Shown in pieces: positions 1 through 11,167 of a stretch of DNA of 64,000 nucleotides (position 1 is the stretch's first letter; each line of letters starts with the position of its first letter). Origin of the DNA: Klebsormidium nitens (Eukaryota; Plantae; Klebsormidiophyceae); assembly GCA_000708835.1 (NCBI GenBank), contig DF236973.1:302436-366435 (forward strand). Direction: 5' to 3'. The position numbers and the translations under genes were made by a program. Under the pieces are notes generated by a model, which searched no databases, was not told where the DNA came from, and was given only the letters and a program-made list of their open reading frames with translations.

Positions 1-809
1 GACACGACGGGAATCTGCAGAACGAGTGGACAAGACTAGCGGCCCCACAACGTATACTAACACTGCTGAAAATCTTCAGACGTTGGCCAAGGGGTCAGAA
101 GCGGCGGTCTCACGAGTTGCCCGCGAATCTCAAAGTGCTTTGAAGGTCTTTGTTCAAGCTGAGACGCCGCCAAGCCACGGCCAAGGACCAATCGGCGACG
201 AGACAACCGCAGCGTCTTCCGACCTAAAGGTAAGTGATTTGAGCCGGAGTGAGCTTCCAAACGCCAGAGCATACTAGGCCTGAATTGAGAATTTTGGACA
301 TGTTCATGTTTCTCATGGGTCCTGTTGAGCATAGCAACTTTTGAAGAGAAACCGCCTACACTTGAAGGTTTCAGAGAGTCTTCATATGTTCATACGTCTT
401 GTTCATTTAAAATCTGCTCGGAAGATTACCGAAGGACCTCTTTGTAATCGATAGCTTGAAGCTCAATTTGCTTGCTCTAGTTCATTCAAAAGCTTGATCG
501 GCTCGAAGGCTTGAATAATTCAAAAGCTTGATCTCCTTGATCTACTCCATAGCCAATTGCTCTGATTTGTCCAGGGAACCGCATTTTCAATCCCAGCACT
601 CTAAACATGTTCTCTTATCTCCCTCTTGTTTGCTACAATATTCCCTGGCAGTATCATTTCGAAGTCTTGTCATCCACACTTCTCACGTTCTTTGTGAGGT
701 CGGATAATTAGGGAAAGCTTCAAGCGCTTACCCCTTTCATATACTCATCCCTCACAGAAGCTCAATGTTTCCAATGCTACCAATCTCATTTCTTCTCTGC
801 AGAACAAAA

Positions 810-3800
810 ATGACTTCCAAAAAATCAACTACGTCAACCAAGTGGACAGCAGTCCTGATAAGCACCTTGGGTTTGCTTGCCCTTGCTCCGGTGCAAGTTC
901 AAGGAGGTTCTGGTGCTTTCGACGGCTCCTCTTACACCTTCTGTGTGGCGGTTCGTTTCGACGCCTCCCCTGACGTCATCACCCGCATTAAGTCTGTCTT
1001 CACAGCGGCAAGCCAGGTACCAGCCCACAAGCTACAGGGGTTTTTGGCCCATAACTAAGGACGGTTCTGGGCTGGTTCTGGGCTGGTTAGAACCGGTTGT
1101 ATGCCCAGTGAGCAGATCTGGGCGTTAGACAGCCTCTGAAACAGTGTTACTAGCCCGGTTGATTGTCCATTAACCCGAGAGTCAAGTCAGCCACGTTAGC
1201 AGCCAGAATCTTCTGCGTTAACTAGACTCTAGAAAGACCGCGCTGTGCCGCTTTGTATACCAGCTCTGGCCTTTCACCTTTGAGTTAGACACTCGAGGTC
1301 TTCAAGAAGGAGAGCACTCCCCCTCTTATGAGCGTCTGAGAAATCTTTTGGTTGCTGAACTAGCTTCATGATCTGGTTGAGATTCTCAAAGAACTCTTCC
1401 ACAGTCAAACCCTCAGAGCACTCCCCCTGTATTCCGACCCATCAACCTTTTTTTTAAAGACAGCACTCCCCTTCAGGCATTCTTAGAAGAGGATCTAGAG
1501 CATCTTTCAAAAGCTGCTTTTTCGATTACGGTTTTGAAAGAAACACTACCGGAGGTTATTGTTGGTTGGCGTTCTGGATCCAGCACACGCATGGCACTGG
1601 AAGGACTGAGCATCCTGTTTTGTCTCTCTCCTTTTGCTGGTGTACATACTTCCAATGGTTGTGCCCGGATGTGAGTGTCATTCCTTCCGCTTGCTTTCCC
1701 CTTGCAAGGAATGCAAAAGGTAGTATTGCTCACTAAATGCCACATCTCTCAAAGCACTGATTATGCGGTGCATGTTCTGAAGTGGTCGTTCCTTGGTCCT
1801 TTCCCTAGAATTCCACTGAGCTTTCTTCCTGCGAGCTCGTGTGTTGTTTCTTAGATCCAGGAAGCCTAGCGACAATGACCTGTTGCTGGCTCTGAGTACT
1901 CTCCGTGCTATCTCGTTGGCTTGTGATTCTCTTTCTTGAGGAAAAAGAATCTCGGCTGTTATGGTAGGGCCTTGACTTGGAAGGCCGCTTCCAGAGTAGA
2001 TCAAAGGAGGCAAAGAGCAACTTGCTAACATGCCCTCTGACTTGCAAGTCAACGTCATTGCTTAAGGAGCCGTAGAACGAGAAGCTCGACCCATTTAGAC
2101 GGAAGTATCCAAACAAGCCATGGAATATAGCAGTCTGATATCAATGTGGCTTGTTTGAAGAAACAGTATCAAAAGAGACCGGAAAGGCCCAATAAACCAG
2201 TCATAGCACCTCATTCTCCCTGTGGACTTCTTGAGCAGGTTTTCAATGACGCGACCGACGGTCAGCAGCGCTTTGGGACCATCAAAATTGTGCCTAATCT
2301 ACTCGAGTCGGACGACGCCGAATTCTACATCCATCAAGAAGAGGGCCGAGCCGACGCCCCGCCAGACGGCTACGGAGTTCGAGGACAAGTGAGCCACGTG
2401 CTATTCGATAACGTCATCTTCGTGGTGTGCTGTAAGCCGTTGACTGGCAATTCAGGAATCAGAATCCTGAAAAATCTGGTGCAGACTAGAGTCCGCTAGG
2501 AATCAACGGGGCCAGTCAAGTCGCTGACGTCAGTGCTCTTTTGTTATCAGTTTGCTTACGTTCTTCTTGTTGAAGTCCTTATTATATTCATACGCGATCG
2601 GAGATTCTGGCCGAGCGTTTAACAGGGTCCTGGATTCAGGCCACAACTGCTTAAAAATCTACAATCTCGTCAGATATTGAACACCTTTGCAACCACAGTA
2701 ACGCCGCTTACGTAACCTACTGATCCCAATCTCGAACGTGCTTAGAGCGAGGACCGTTCGTCGCACAGGCCCAGCAACAAAGGACTTCCGTGTTTTTCCG
2801 TTCACCTGAGACTCTGAATCCCCCCGGCCAATATCACGGAGGCTATCATCGACTTTCCTTAGGAAAAGAGTGTCCGCGTTTTTCAACGTGTCCTTTCTTT
2901 ATAATGCAGCACGTCGAAGTCTGTACTTGCCCAAAGAGTTTGTTCGACCCACGCTTTGTCTTAGCTGCAGCACGTCAAGTTGTGCTGGCTTAGTGACTGT
3001 TTGGTACGCCATCGTTTTCATTAACAGCACGGCCACCTATGCTAATTCAGAGAGGTTGTTTGAAGCCATCCTTTTTTCAACCGCAGCACGTCAACCTTTA
3101 ATGACTCAGTGGGTTTGTTATAAGCCATTCTTTCTCTAAGTGCATCACATCAATCAGTACTGACCCAGTGTTTATTAGTACGGACTTTCGCGAGGGTTAA
3201 ATGTCCTTGATTCGTCAACGCATCCTTTTGTTTGTTGCAGCACGTCAATCTGTACTACCCGGATGATTTTGCGGCTAGCATCGACAGCGGCGCCTTCACG
3301 ATCGCGCACGAGATGGGCCACCATGCTTTCGGACTGCGCGACGAGTATTCGGACGACAAGAAAGTTGCGTGCTCGGACCACACGGACGACCCAAACCTTT
3401 CGTAAGAAGCAACATCTTTCCTCGGTTTGCTTCTTGACAAGTATCCGCCTGTCTGACGTGTCCGACCTGCCCTATCCTTCGATTTTTCAAGTCAGCAATC
3501 AAACCACCGGGGAATGTGCTGGAAGCACAGAACGCGGCAAGTCCGACCTTTTTCCAATTTGAGCTCCCTTCTCCTCACTATACCATTCCCGACGTCCTGT
3601 CCGTATCCTCCCTGAGTTGCAAGTGACCACGAACTCCGGCCTTTCGACGGCATCCTTATGATTGTTCTGAGTTGTAGTCCTGGCATAAAGTGCGGCCCTG
3701 ATCCTGGTTTAGTATGCTCGCGGCGCTTCTAAGGCAGCTGACGGCTCGATTCTAGAGAAAGAATTCTCATCCTTGAAATCTCCGTTGCGTTCAATGTCGC

Positions 3801-6247
3801 AGTGGCGCATGATTCAGTATCTGACAAATTCGAGTGGCTCGACTTAGTGTTCCTCGGTCTTGGCTTTAGGTCGACGAGCTTGTTCACCCTAGCATGGCGT
3901 GGTATTGAAACCCATTCTGGCGAGATATTTCAGCATCCCTGATGCTTTTGAGATTCTGATTGAATCATCGCAGACGTTGTTGCACTTTTCTCTGTACTCT
4001 ACTTCTAATTGGCTTCTTCTAACAATGTATCATCTGACGCTGGATCGAAGCTTGTCGTTCGTGCTTTGTCCTTCTGGTCAACATGTTTCTCGAGACTGCT
4101 TTCCGTTTTGTCTCGGCAGAATACAACTGCAACAGAAGGATGTATCGGTCGTCCTTACTCATTGCATGATCAGACTCTTCGAAGAACGTTTTCTCAAGCC
4201 CAACTAGAGGAATTTCGCAAGCAAAAATGAAGGGAAAAGGCCGCGTATTCACCTGGGCTTGCATCCCTATAGCCAAGCAAACCCTTTGAGAAAGGTTATT
4301 TACTTCATCTCGGCTCAACCGTTACAGGTTTGCCAACCGCCGGGGTGCTAACCAATCTTTCAAACCCACCCCCCTTCGCGCAGGTTTTGTCTGATGGACA
4401 ATTACTTCGCCTACGGCGCTCGGAAGACGGACCCAAGCGCCCGGCCCACGCTCAAGGAATTTTGCGTGCATGACGTCAGCGGAGCCTTATCGCACGACCC
4501 CAACATGGACACGCGGCAGAGCAAGCTGAACAAGGGCCAGTCCTGCTGGGAGACGATCGCGACGCACCCGACTCGGCCGGCCCAGCCCCCAAACCCCGGG
4601 CAACTGCCAAACCCCTTGATTCCGGCCTTGCAGCTGGTCGACTTCGCGGAAAATTCCGGGTTTGGAACCAGTGTGGTTATCGTCATCGACCGGTCCGGCA
4701 GCATGGCGGACGACGGCAAGCTGGAATACGCGCAGGCGGGGGCGATAGCGTATGTCAACTCGCTTATCGAGGGGGATAGCGTGGCCGTCGTATCGTTTGC
4801 CTGCGACGGGGGCACTGTTGATATGGACCTGACGGTTATCGACAAAGACGGGCGGGTTAAGAGCACCGCCAATAATGCAATTCAGGGCCTGGAAGCGGAC
4901 GGTTCGACCGGGATCTCAGACGGGATCGGGTTAGCCGTTAACCTGCTGGTTAGCGCGGCGTCCCGCCCCTGCCGCGAGAAGATCGTTTTGCTGACGGACG
5001 GCGACTGGAACTGCGGAGAGTCTCCCGTCAATCTCATTCCGCTCCTGCAGAAGGAGGGCATCTCGTGCTTCGCTCTGGGGGTCGGGGAGGGTTTGTCGAC
5101 CGGCGGCTTAACCGACCTCCAAACCCTGGCCAAAGGCACGAGCGGCCAGTTCTGGGCGTCCCAGTCGCCCCTTTCTACGGTTAGCACGTTTCTGGGTTTA
5201 AGCGCCGGGAACGTCAACAAACGTCAGCTCGGCTCCCTGGTGGGCGGCGAGGTTTCTACCGGGTCAGGGAATGTAACCGACCCGGTTAAGGTGGGACCCC
5301 TCGAGGCAATGGTCGAGGTTAATGCGACCGAGGTCTCGTTCCTGCTCGTGTTTAACTCGTCCGCCGCTAACCTAACCATCCAAGACCCGACCGGGAAAAC
5401 GCTCCAAGTCACCGGGTACAACTTCACGCGGACGTACAGCAACTTTTCAGTGGCCCAGGCGCCCGCGCCGCTGGCCCCTAACCTGACCGCGGTTAACCAA
5501 ACCTACAACCTGTCCTCCACGACGACGGTCGAGCTGGGGCCAAACTTCGTTTCGGTAACCGTCCAGAAACCCGTCCCGGGAACGTACACGGTGTCGGGCG
5601 TCCAAGTGTTTAACGCGTCGGTTAGCGCCCTAACCCCGGCTCCCGCGCCCGCGCCAAAGCCTGTAGGCTTTCAAGCTCGGCAGGGGGATCCCCCTCCGAA
5701 GCCTCAGTTGGAGCTCTTCGTCTACGGAAGAAACCCTCTGGGCGCCCAGTTGAACGCGCTGGTCGTCAATAACGACACGGTTTACGCGCCTGACCCGGTG
5801 GTTATCGAGGCTAACCTGCTCTTCAGCGGACGCCTCGTGCTCAACGCGACCGTCACCGCTGACGTCTTCTTCCCGAACGGCACCCGGGCCGGCAACTTCA
5901 CCCTGCTTGACAACGGCAATAACAACGACTCGATCGCGGACGACGGCTACTACACCGGACGCTTCTCGGACTACGGCGCAGATACGGACGGCTCGTACAC
6001 CTTCAAGCTGACGGCGCGTTCCGGGCAGAACGCGAGCATTTACCCCGGGGAGAGCTTATTCGCGGCGACTAGCCCCCCCGCGAGCGTGCCTGGAGGGGTG
6101 CCGGACTTCGTGCGTCAGCAGACGGTGTCCGCAGTCGTTGCGGACACGCCGGTGGATTTCGGACAGTTCTCGGTCCCTTCACCTCCGCGGGCGAGGTCTC
6201 CCGCGCCCGCGCCCGCGCGCGCGTTTGGGCCGACGGGGGCACCTTGA
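810..6247 (+). CDS. CLCA: CLCA-like secreted zincin metalloprotease / von Willebrand A protein, ~793 aa; join(810..1016,2239..2388,3241..3401,4384..6247)
   Basis: Four exons join in frame through GT-AG introns (phases 0,0,2), total 2382 nt. There is an N-terminal hydrophobic signal (LISTLGLLALAPVQVQG). Exon 3 encodes IAHEMGHHAFGLRDEY (HExxH...DEY, the CLCA metalloprotease signature). Exon 4 encodes CLMDNY...KEFC...H...QS...SCWETI (CLCA Cys-rich region), a vWA MIDAS (VIDRSGSM, GST, LLTDG) and LLDNGNNNDSIADDGYYTGRF (CLCA C-terminal Ca-binding-type motif). Confidence 0.85.
1033..1217. mobile_element. MITE-like element, family A copy 1 (~185 bp), in CLCA intron 1
   Basis: Shares GGCCCATAAC.AAGGA.GGTTCTGGGCTGGTTCTGGGCTGGTTAGAA and TAACCCGAGAGTCAAGTC with 9697-9877. 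Ends are imperfect inverted repeats (TACAGGGGTTTTTGGC ... GCCAGAATCTTCTGCG). Confidence 0.7.
2890..3265 (+). repeat. Degenerate ~59-bp tandem copies of the CLCA intron 2 / exon 3 acceptor junction
   Basis: Pyrimidine tract + (G)CAG|CACGTCAA motif recurs with AG at 2908, 2969, 3026 and 3085, plus a decayed copy at ~3145. The functional junction is TTGCAG|CACGTCAATCTGTAC at 3240/3241. Confidence 0.75.
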
Positions 6248-6989
6248 AACGGAGGGGTGAAGTTGTAACCTGACGGCGGGAAGAGTCTGTGTAAAAAAGT
6301 TTGACAGAATGTTGAGGCGAAGGGAGTCAGTAGCGTGGACTGATCATCAAGAGGACTGCAAGTTGGTGTACAGTACTTTATCGCAACGGAGATTGAGCGT
6401 CTTGAGAACTCGTGCCTTTGTTAAAACTACAGCGATGAAGGCATAGGATGTGTGGCATCAACCGGCTATGATGCACGTTTCTTACTGGTGCTTTGTACAA
6501 TAGCTTTCAAAACCATTGTAATTGTACAGTAGAGCGTAAGGGCTAATCTCAAAACCTTGGTCGGATTGGAGGCTGAGAACGTCTTAGAATTGTACGACTG
6601 GAACGGTTTGAATGCATTGTCGTCCTTGTATTTCATTGTCTTGTGTATTGCACCTTCATTGGTGCAGATTAAGGGAACTTCACCGGACTTGGCAGAACAG
6701 CATAAGAAATCTTCAATCGCTGAGCGTGACGAACGCCCGTCCCAGACTTTGACCTCAATCTCCAAACTATAGTGACTCCGTCCTTTCGTAACCGAGATTC
6801 TATTGGCGATTTGTCTGAAATAATAAGCCATCATGCTTCTTGGAAGCGCTGGGAAATTCCTGCGGCTGTTTTGCGCATCGTCGATTCGAAGAGGAACCCT
6901 TGCAAAGCGACCTTTACGTGCATGGATTCGAAAAGGATCTTGCCGGTCTCCCACGCGCACTCTTGCTCGTAATTATAAGTTTGATTTCT

Positions 6990-7096
6990 TATCACCATCT
7001 TTTTAGCACACTTGCACACACCAAGTTTGCCTGAAACGTTTCATATCACCATCTTTTTAGCACGTGATCTTTTAGCACTTGCACACACCAAGTTTG
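6990..7096. repeat. Small tandem duplication (~40 bp, 2 copies)
   Basis: TATCACCATCTTTTTAGCAC...CTTGCACACACCAAGTTTG at 6990-7029 and 7044-7096; the second copy has a short internal insertion. Confidence 0.8.
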
Positions 7097-7537
7097 ATTT
7101 TCCTGGGTGTGCGTCTTTGAGAGAGGGCGCTGCAATAGAAATTGTGGCTTGAGTTTTTCGCCTGCTCATGATTTGCGGAGGGGATTCTTGATTTTGGTGC
7201 TGTCAAAAGTTTCAGAAACTTACATTTAAAACTTTCCCTTCTACTCGCATCCCTGCCTCATGTCGTATGCGCGTTGCGAGATTGTCCAGAACAAGTCACG
7301 CATACTCTTGTTTTCTCGGGGCTACGATTGCGCGCCTTCCACCGTCAAAAGCTGAGGGGAGCTGATTTGGGCCGCTGGATCTGCCACGTGGCAGCATCTG
7401 AGGGCGGGACCCGCTTTCGTTGCAGGCGGCCCACAAGGATTTCCTCTGGACTTTCGACGCCTTTTATACCCAATGATAGCCGTAGCTTGCAACGCTCTAG
7501 GCGTGAAGGGCTGCGCGCCCTTCAGGGCTGTGCCCTG

Positions 7538-8342
7538 CTGATAAGGGGGGAGCCCCTTCCGGGCTGCGCCCGGCCAGGCTCCGCCTGGGAGCATACGCCG
7601 CGGGTGACTACGATCACCATCGGCGTGTGCTTAAAGTGCTGCACCATCAGCATTATGCTTCCTTGACTTTTCCTTGATTGAATATAAGAGCGGGTCTCTT
7701 AACAACAGTCCCATTTATCATCCTCTTACTACACAAACCCTTGGAGCAGCACCCAGAAGCTGTTAGTTTTTCGACAGACTCCGAGATGGGACTTACCGCA
7801 TCCAACGAATAACCTCAGCTGGACACCATTACAGGAGCACGTGATAACGCTCGCTTATATACAGGGTTTGTTCAAGTCCTGCAAACCAAACCGCTTCAGC
7901 CTTGCCAGTTTGCCCCAAAGCTTGGTAGCTTTGAACAAAACCATGACACCTGTCTGCATTCGTGCACGAAGAAGAGTTGATTTACCAAAGGCGATGAGAT
8001 TTGAGGGCCAGTTTTGATAGCTTTAGCGTGATTTGGTTTAGCCTAGGTTTTTATATTGACGGGCAACAGCTGGACGCCTCGAGAAAGTATCATTCGTCGG
8101 TTGCTGTGTTGAAGGGGATGCCACATATTTAAAGCAATCAAGTCCTTTTGAAAAGGAGTTCGCAACTCATCGAGCCCAAGCAACGGTTTGCTTTACTAAG
8201 TAGTCTGCGGCAAAAGCGGCAAAATATGCTGATGGAGCATATTTTGAACACGCGCTAATGATGATCGTCATCACCCGTAGCGCGTGTTCCCAGGCGCAGC
8301 CTGGCCGGGCGGCAGCCCGGAAAGGGGCTTCCCCTTTATCAG
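7538..8342. mobile_element. ~800-bp element bounded by ~120-bp imperfect inverted repeats (foldback / long-TIR non-autonomous element)
   Basis: 7538-7656 (CTGATAAGGGGGGAGCCCCTTCCGGGCTGCGCCCGGCCAGGCT...CATCAGCATTAT) is the reverse complement, at roughly 75% identity by eye, of 8224-8342 (ATATGCTGATGG...AGCCTGGCCGGGCGGCAGCCCGGAAAGGGGCTTCCCCTTTATCAG). No target-site duplication recognised. Confidence 0.65.
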
Positions 8343-8733
8343 TTAACGCTTGTGGTGTTGCTGAAAGGGGTTCGATTTCTCTATATAAAGGCTCCTAAAG
8401 TGCAGAACCAGCTTTGTGGGCGAAGGAACTAGGTTCGAGCGAAACCAGCCGTCCGATGACGCTACGTGGTAGAATCAACGGCTCCGTGAAGGGCAAGCGA
8501 ACCGTTCCGATGATCGGCCACGACGCGAAGCCGCGCGTATATGGCTCGGCAGATTGGATAGTCTGCAACGCCCAGGAATAGAAGGCGCTCAGTCGGAGGA
8601 TCAATCAACTGCAGAGCAAACGCAGATATCTTCTCCAAGCATCTTCTGCGTGATTGTGGGGACGGTTTCAGCACAGCCTTGTCAGTCAATCTGTTGCTTG
8701 ATATGCTTACATACCATCTGGCCATAAGTCTAT

Positions 8734-8916
8734 CACAGGAGTTTGTTGGCTATAAACCATGGATGGTCATGAGCTGCTTATCGGCTGGTCAGGAAGCTTT
8801 TGTGTGTCCAGTAACCAGACTTGGTTGGTAACCAAATTTCGAACCGGTTTAAAACCTGGCTGTCTGTAGTTCCTGGTTCTGGTAATCAGCCTGGTTAGCA
8901 GCCAAACTTTCCTGTG
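8734..8916. mobile_element. MITE-like element, family A copy 2 (183 bp)
   Basis: TIR CACAGGAGTTTGTTGGC ... GCCAAACTTTCCTGTG. Internal sequence is similar to copies at 1033 and 9697 (TGTGTCCAGTAA.CAGAC, TCAGCCTG.TTAGCA). Confidence 0.7.
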
Positions 8917-9501
8917 TTAGAGGCACCTGTACATGGTGGTGCGTATGGATGATAAACAGAGACATCTGTAAGGTACTCTACTCTACGACGCGGCCCTGCT
9001 TTCTGTGGTTGCTTATGATGAAGTTTGCCCCATGTCATACTCTCTGAAACGCGTCCAAATACCTCAGGGAAAAGCTTCATTTGCCTGGCCACGTTCTTCA
9101 AACTTTTCCGCGATTCCCCTGGCAGAGGGGGAACGTCGGGGGATGGTCACGAAGCGCCCGGACTGGCAGACGAACTGAGTCCGTTTAGTGTGTAATGAGA
9201 ATTTTGTTGGATTCGGATTGAGTTGATCCCGTCAGAAGCGCGCTCAAAGCCTGAATGAGGCGCGGCCTTCTTGTCTACTTTGCATCTCCCTCCCCCCTTC
9301 ATCAATGAATTTTGCACAAGATTCAAGTCAAAAGATGTAAACACTTGGTGCGAGAGAGAAGCGGAGATGTGGTCACATGCCCGGGGATGCTTGACTGCCT
9401 AAAACCGGCATCTTGACTTGCTTAAGGACCCATCTCAAGGACTAAGCTCTACTATGCGCTTCATCGAATTGAGCGCTTGCACCAACACTCCTGTCCTTTT
9501 G

Positions 9502-9600
9502 CCGACGTTTCGGCCGCTTCCCAGGCATGTCGGACGCTTTCGCTGACGTTTCGGACGCTTTCCAGACATGTCGGACGCTTCCACTAACGTTTCGGACGCC
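9502..9600. repeat. Minisatellite, ~20-bp unit x5
   Basis: Alternating GACGTTTCGGACGCTTTCC / AGACATGTCGGACGCTTCC units. Confidence 0.8.
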
Positions 9601-9696
9601 CGCGCCATTCGTTTGAGCTTCTCTACAAGCACCCGACGTCCGAAAGCCGCCGCTCCATGTTCGCACCTCTCGTGCCCCGTCCCGCCGTCACAGTAT

Positions 9697-9877
9697 CACA
9701 GGAGTTTTTGGCCCATAACCAAGGATGGTTCTGGGCTGGTTCTGGGCTGGTTAGAAAGCGTATGTGTCCAGTAATCAGACGTGGGCGTTAGACAGCCCTG
9801 GAACAAGGTTATTTGTCCGGTAACCCGAGAGTCAAGTCTGGTAGTCAGCCTGCTTAGCACTGCCAAAACTTCCTCTG
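9697..9877. mobile_element. MITE-like element, family A copy 3 (181 bp)
   Basis: TIR CACAGGAGTTTTTGGC ... GCCAAAACTTCCTCTG; closely similar to 1033-1217. Confidence 0.75.
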
Positions 9878-11167
9878 CTTCTTCTCTGCGGCCAGGATTA
9901 ACCGACTGACGTCTTCCCATATGCTTCTAACGCCCGCAGCGCCTCTCGGAAAGTCTCTCCACAGAGGCGCAGCGCCCCAGTTCTGGAAGCAGCTCCCGTT
10001 TGAAAGCGTCCACTCCCCAGCAGATTGCATCTAGGGCGTCGCTTAACGCTACAAGGGGATGCCACCTGGCTGCTTCTGATTAGGTGCCGCGAGTGTGCCG
10101 CCAGATCGACGACTCAACCCTGCCGCGCTCCGCCCTAGAGACGAGAAGGGCCTCCATAGCCCTCGCCACCAAACGTACGTCCGCTTTCTTTCCCCAGGCT
10201 TCCAAACAGTGCCCGAGTAAATTTGCAGCCCAGTGCGCTGCTGACCTCAGCTCCTGCGCGCTCCCAATCAGTCGGATCGCACACCGATCCAGCGGATGTT
10301 CCATTACGATGCGAAGCGTCCGAAAGAGGACAACATTACACTGAACGAAACGCCAGTCTAAGGCAATTAGTCTCCGGATCAACCATGCAATGTGATGCGG
10401 ACTTTAATTCATGTACGTCAGACCATCACGGTGCTGCAACTTGCAAGCCGGCCAGTACCATAGTTCTTATATGCATGTATTCAAAACGTACTGTATACGG
10501 GTTATTTCAGGTTTGCTTGATCGCCGTTCCGGACGTCATTAACTAGGGCGGCATCCACGACGGCGATATCTGAATCCGCTGATAAGTTCACCGTTCTTCA
10601 AGTTTTTGTATGCTCAGATCTGCTCGTCAGTTTGCGCAGCATCAGGCAAGTTTCGGCCCTGAGTAACTTGCATGCAGTTTTACGAGCAGTGACTCGGTGT
10701 CGGACGTTCAAACGACAAAAAAACCGTTGAACCATGAATGGATCACGACGGTGTCAACAAATGCAGTGCGATATGCGAATTCTGAGTCGTTTGCGGGAGT
10801 CGTTCGCGCCGAGCGATCGCATGTGGCATCGGAAGCATACGTTTGGCTCTCAATTCTAGATTCTAAAGTATGTTCCTCATTTGCAAATGTGCCATCATTA
10901 TGTATCCAGGCCGTCGCTGGCCCACGGCCGCTCGGGAACCATCATGCGACACGATCGCGGGATGTACGTACGGGCCTGCATGTGATTCTTATCGGGTCAA
11001 CCTAATCATGCGATGTCAGTTGCGGCGCGAGCCGGCCGCCGCAGCCGAGACGGTCATCTCGGACCCACGTTTCGTCGACCACGTTACGGTTGATCAAGGC
11101 GATCATAAGCACGGACACGACCATGCATGCAATCACTCAATATGATTTGGACTTTGCTCTTTTCGAC

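Noticed and set aside
26-277. 83-aa ORF with a strong donor (AAG|GTAAGT at 229/230)
   Set aside because: GTG start and no recognisable motif. Splicing to the acceptor at 802 is out of frame with the CLCA-like CDS. It is probably a 5' UTR exon or belongs to a gene outside the window.
1310-1475. Three copies of AGCACTCCCC in CLCA intron 1
   Set aside because: Only 10 bp, irregular spacing, no spacer structure; not CRISPR-like and not interpretable.
6466-6960. 164-aa minus-strand ORF downstream of the CLCA-like gene
   Set aside because: No recognisable domain and no chain of splice-compatible exons found.
7538-7656. Possible 5S rRNA or SRP-like RNA
   Set aside because: No collinear match to the conserved 5S/7SL motifs I know; better explained as one arm of an inverted repeat.
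8345-8395. GGGGTTCGATTTC resembling a tRNA T-loop / B box
   Set aside because: No acceptor, D or anticodon stems can be formed around it.
9920-10382. Coding-like minus-strand fragments (LRIVMEHPLDRCAIRLIG..., VALSDALDAICWGVDAF...)
   Set aside because: Frames are broken, with no identifiable family or splice support; possibly a decayed gene.
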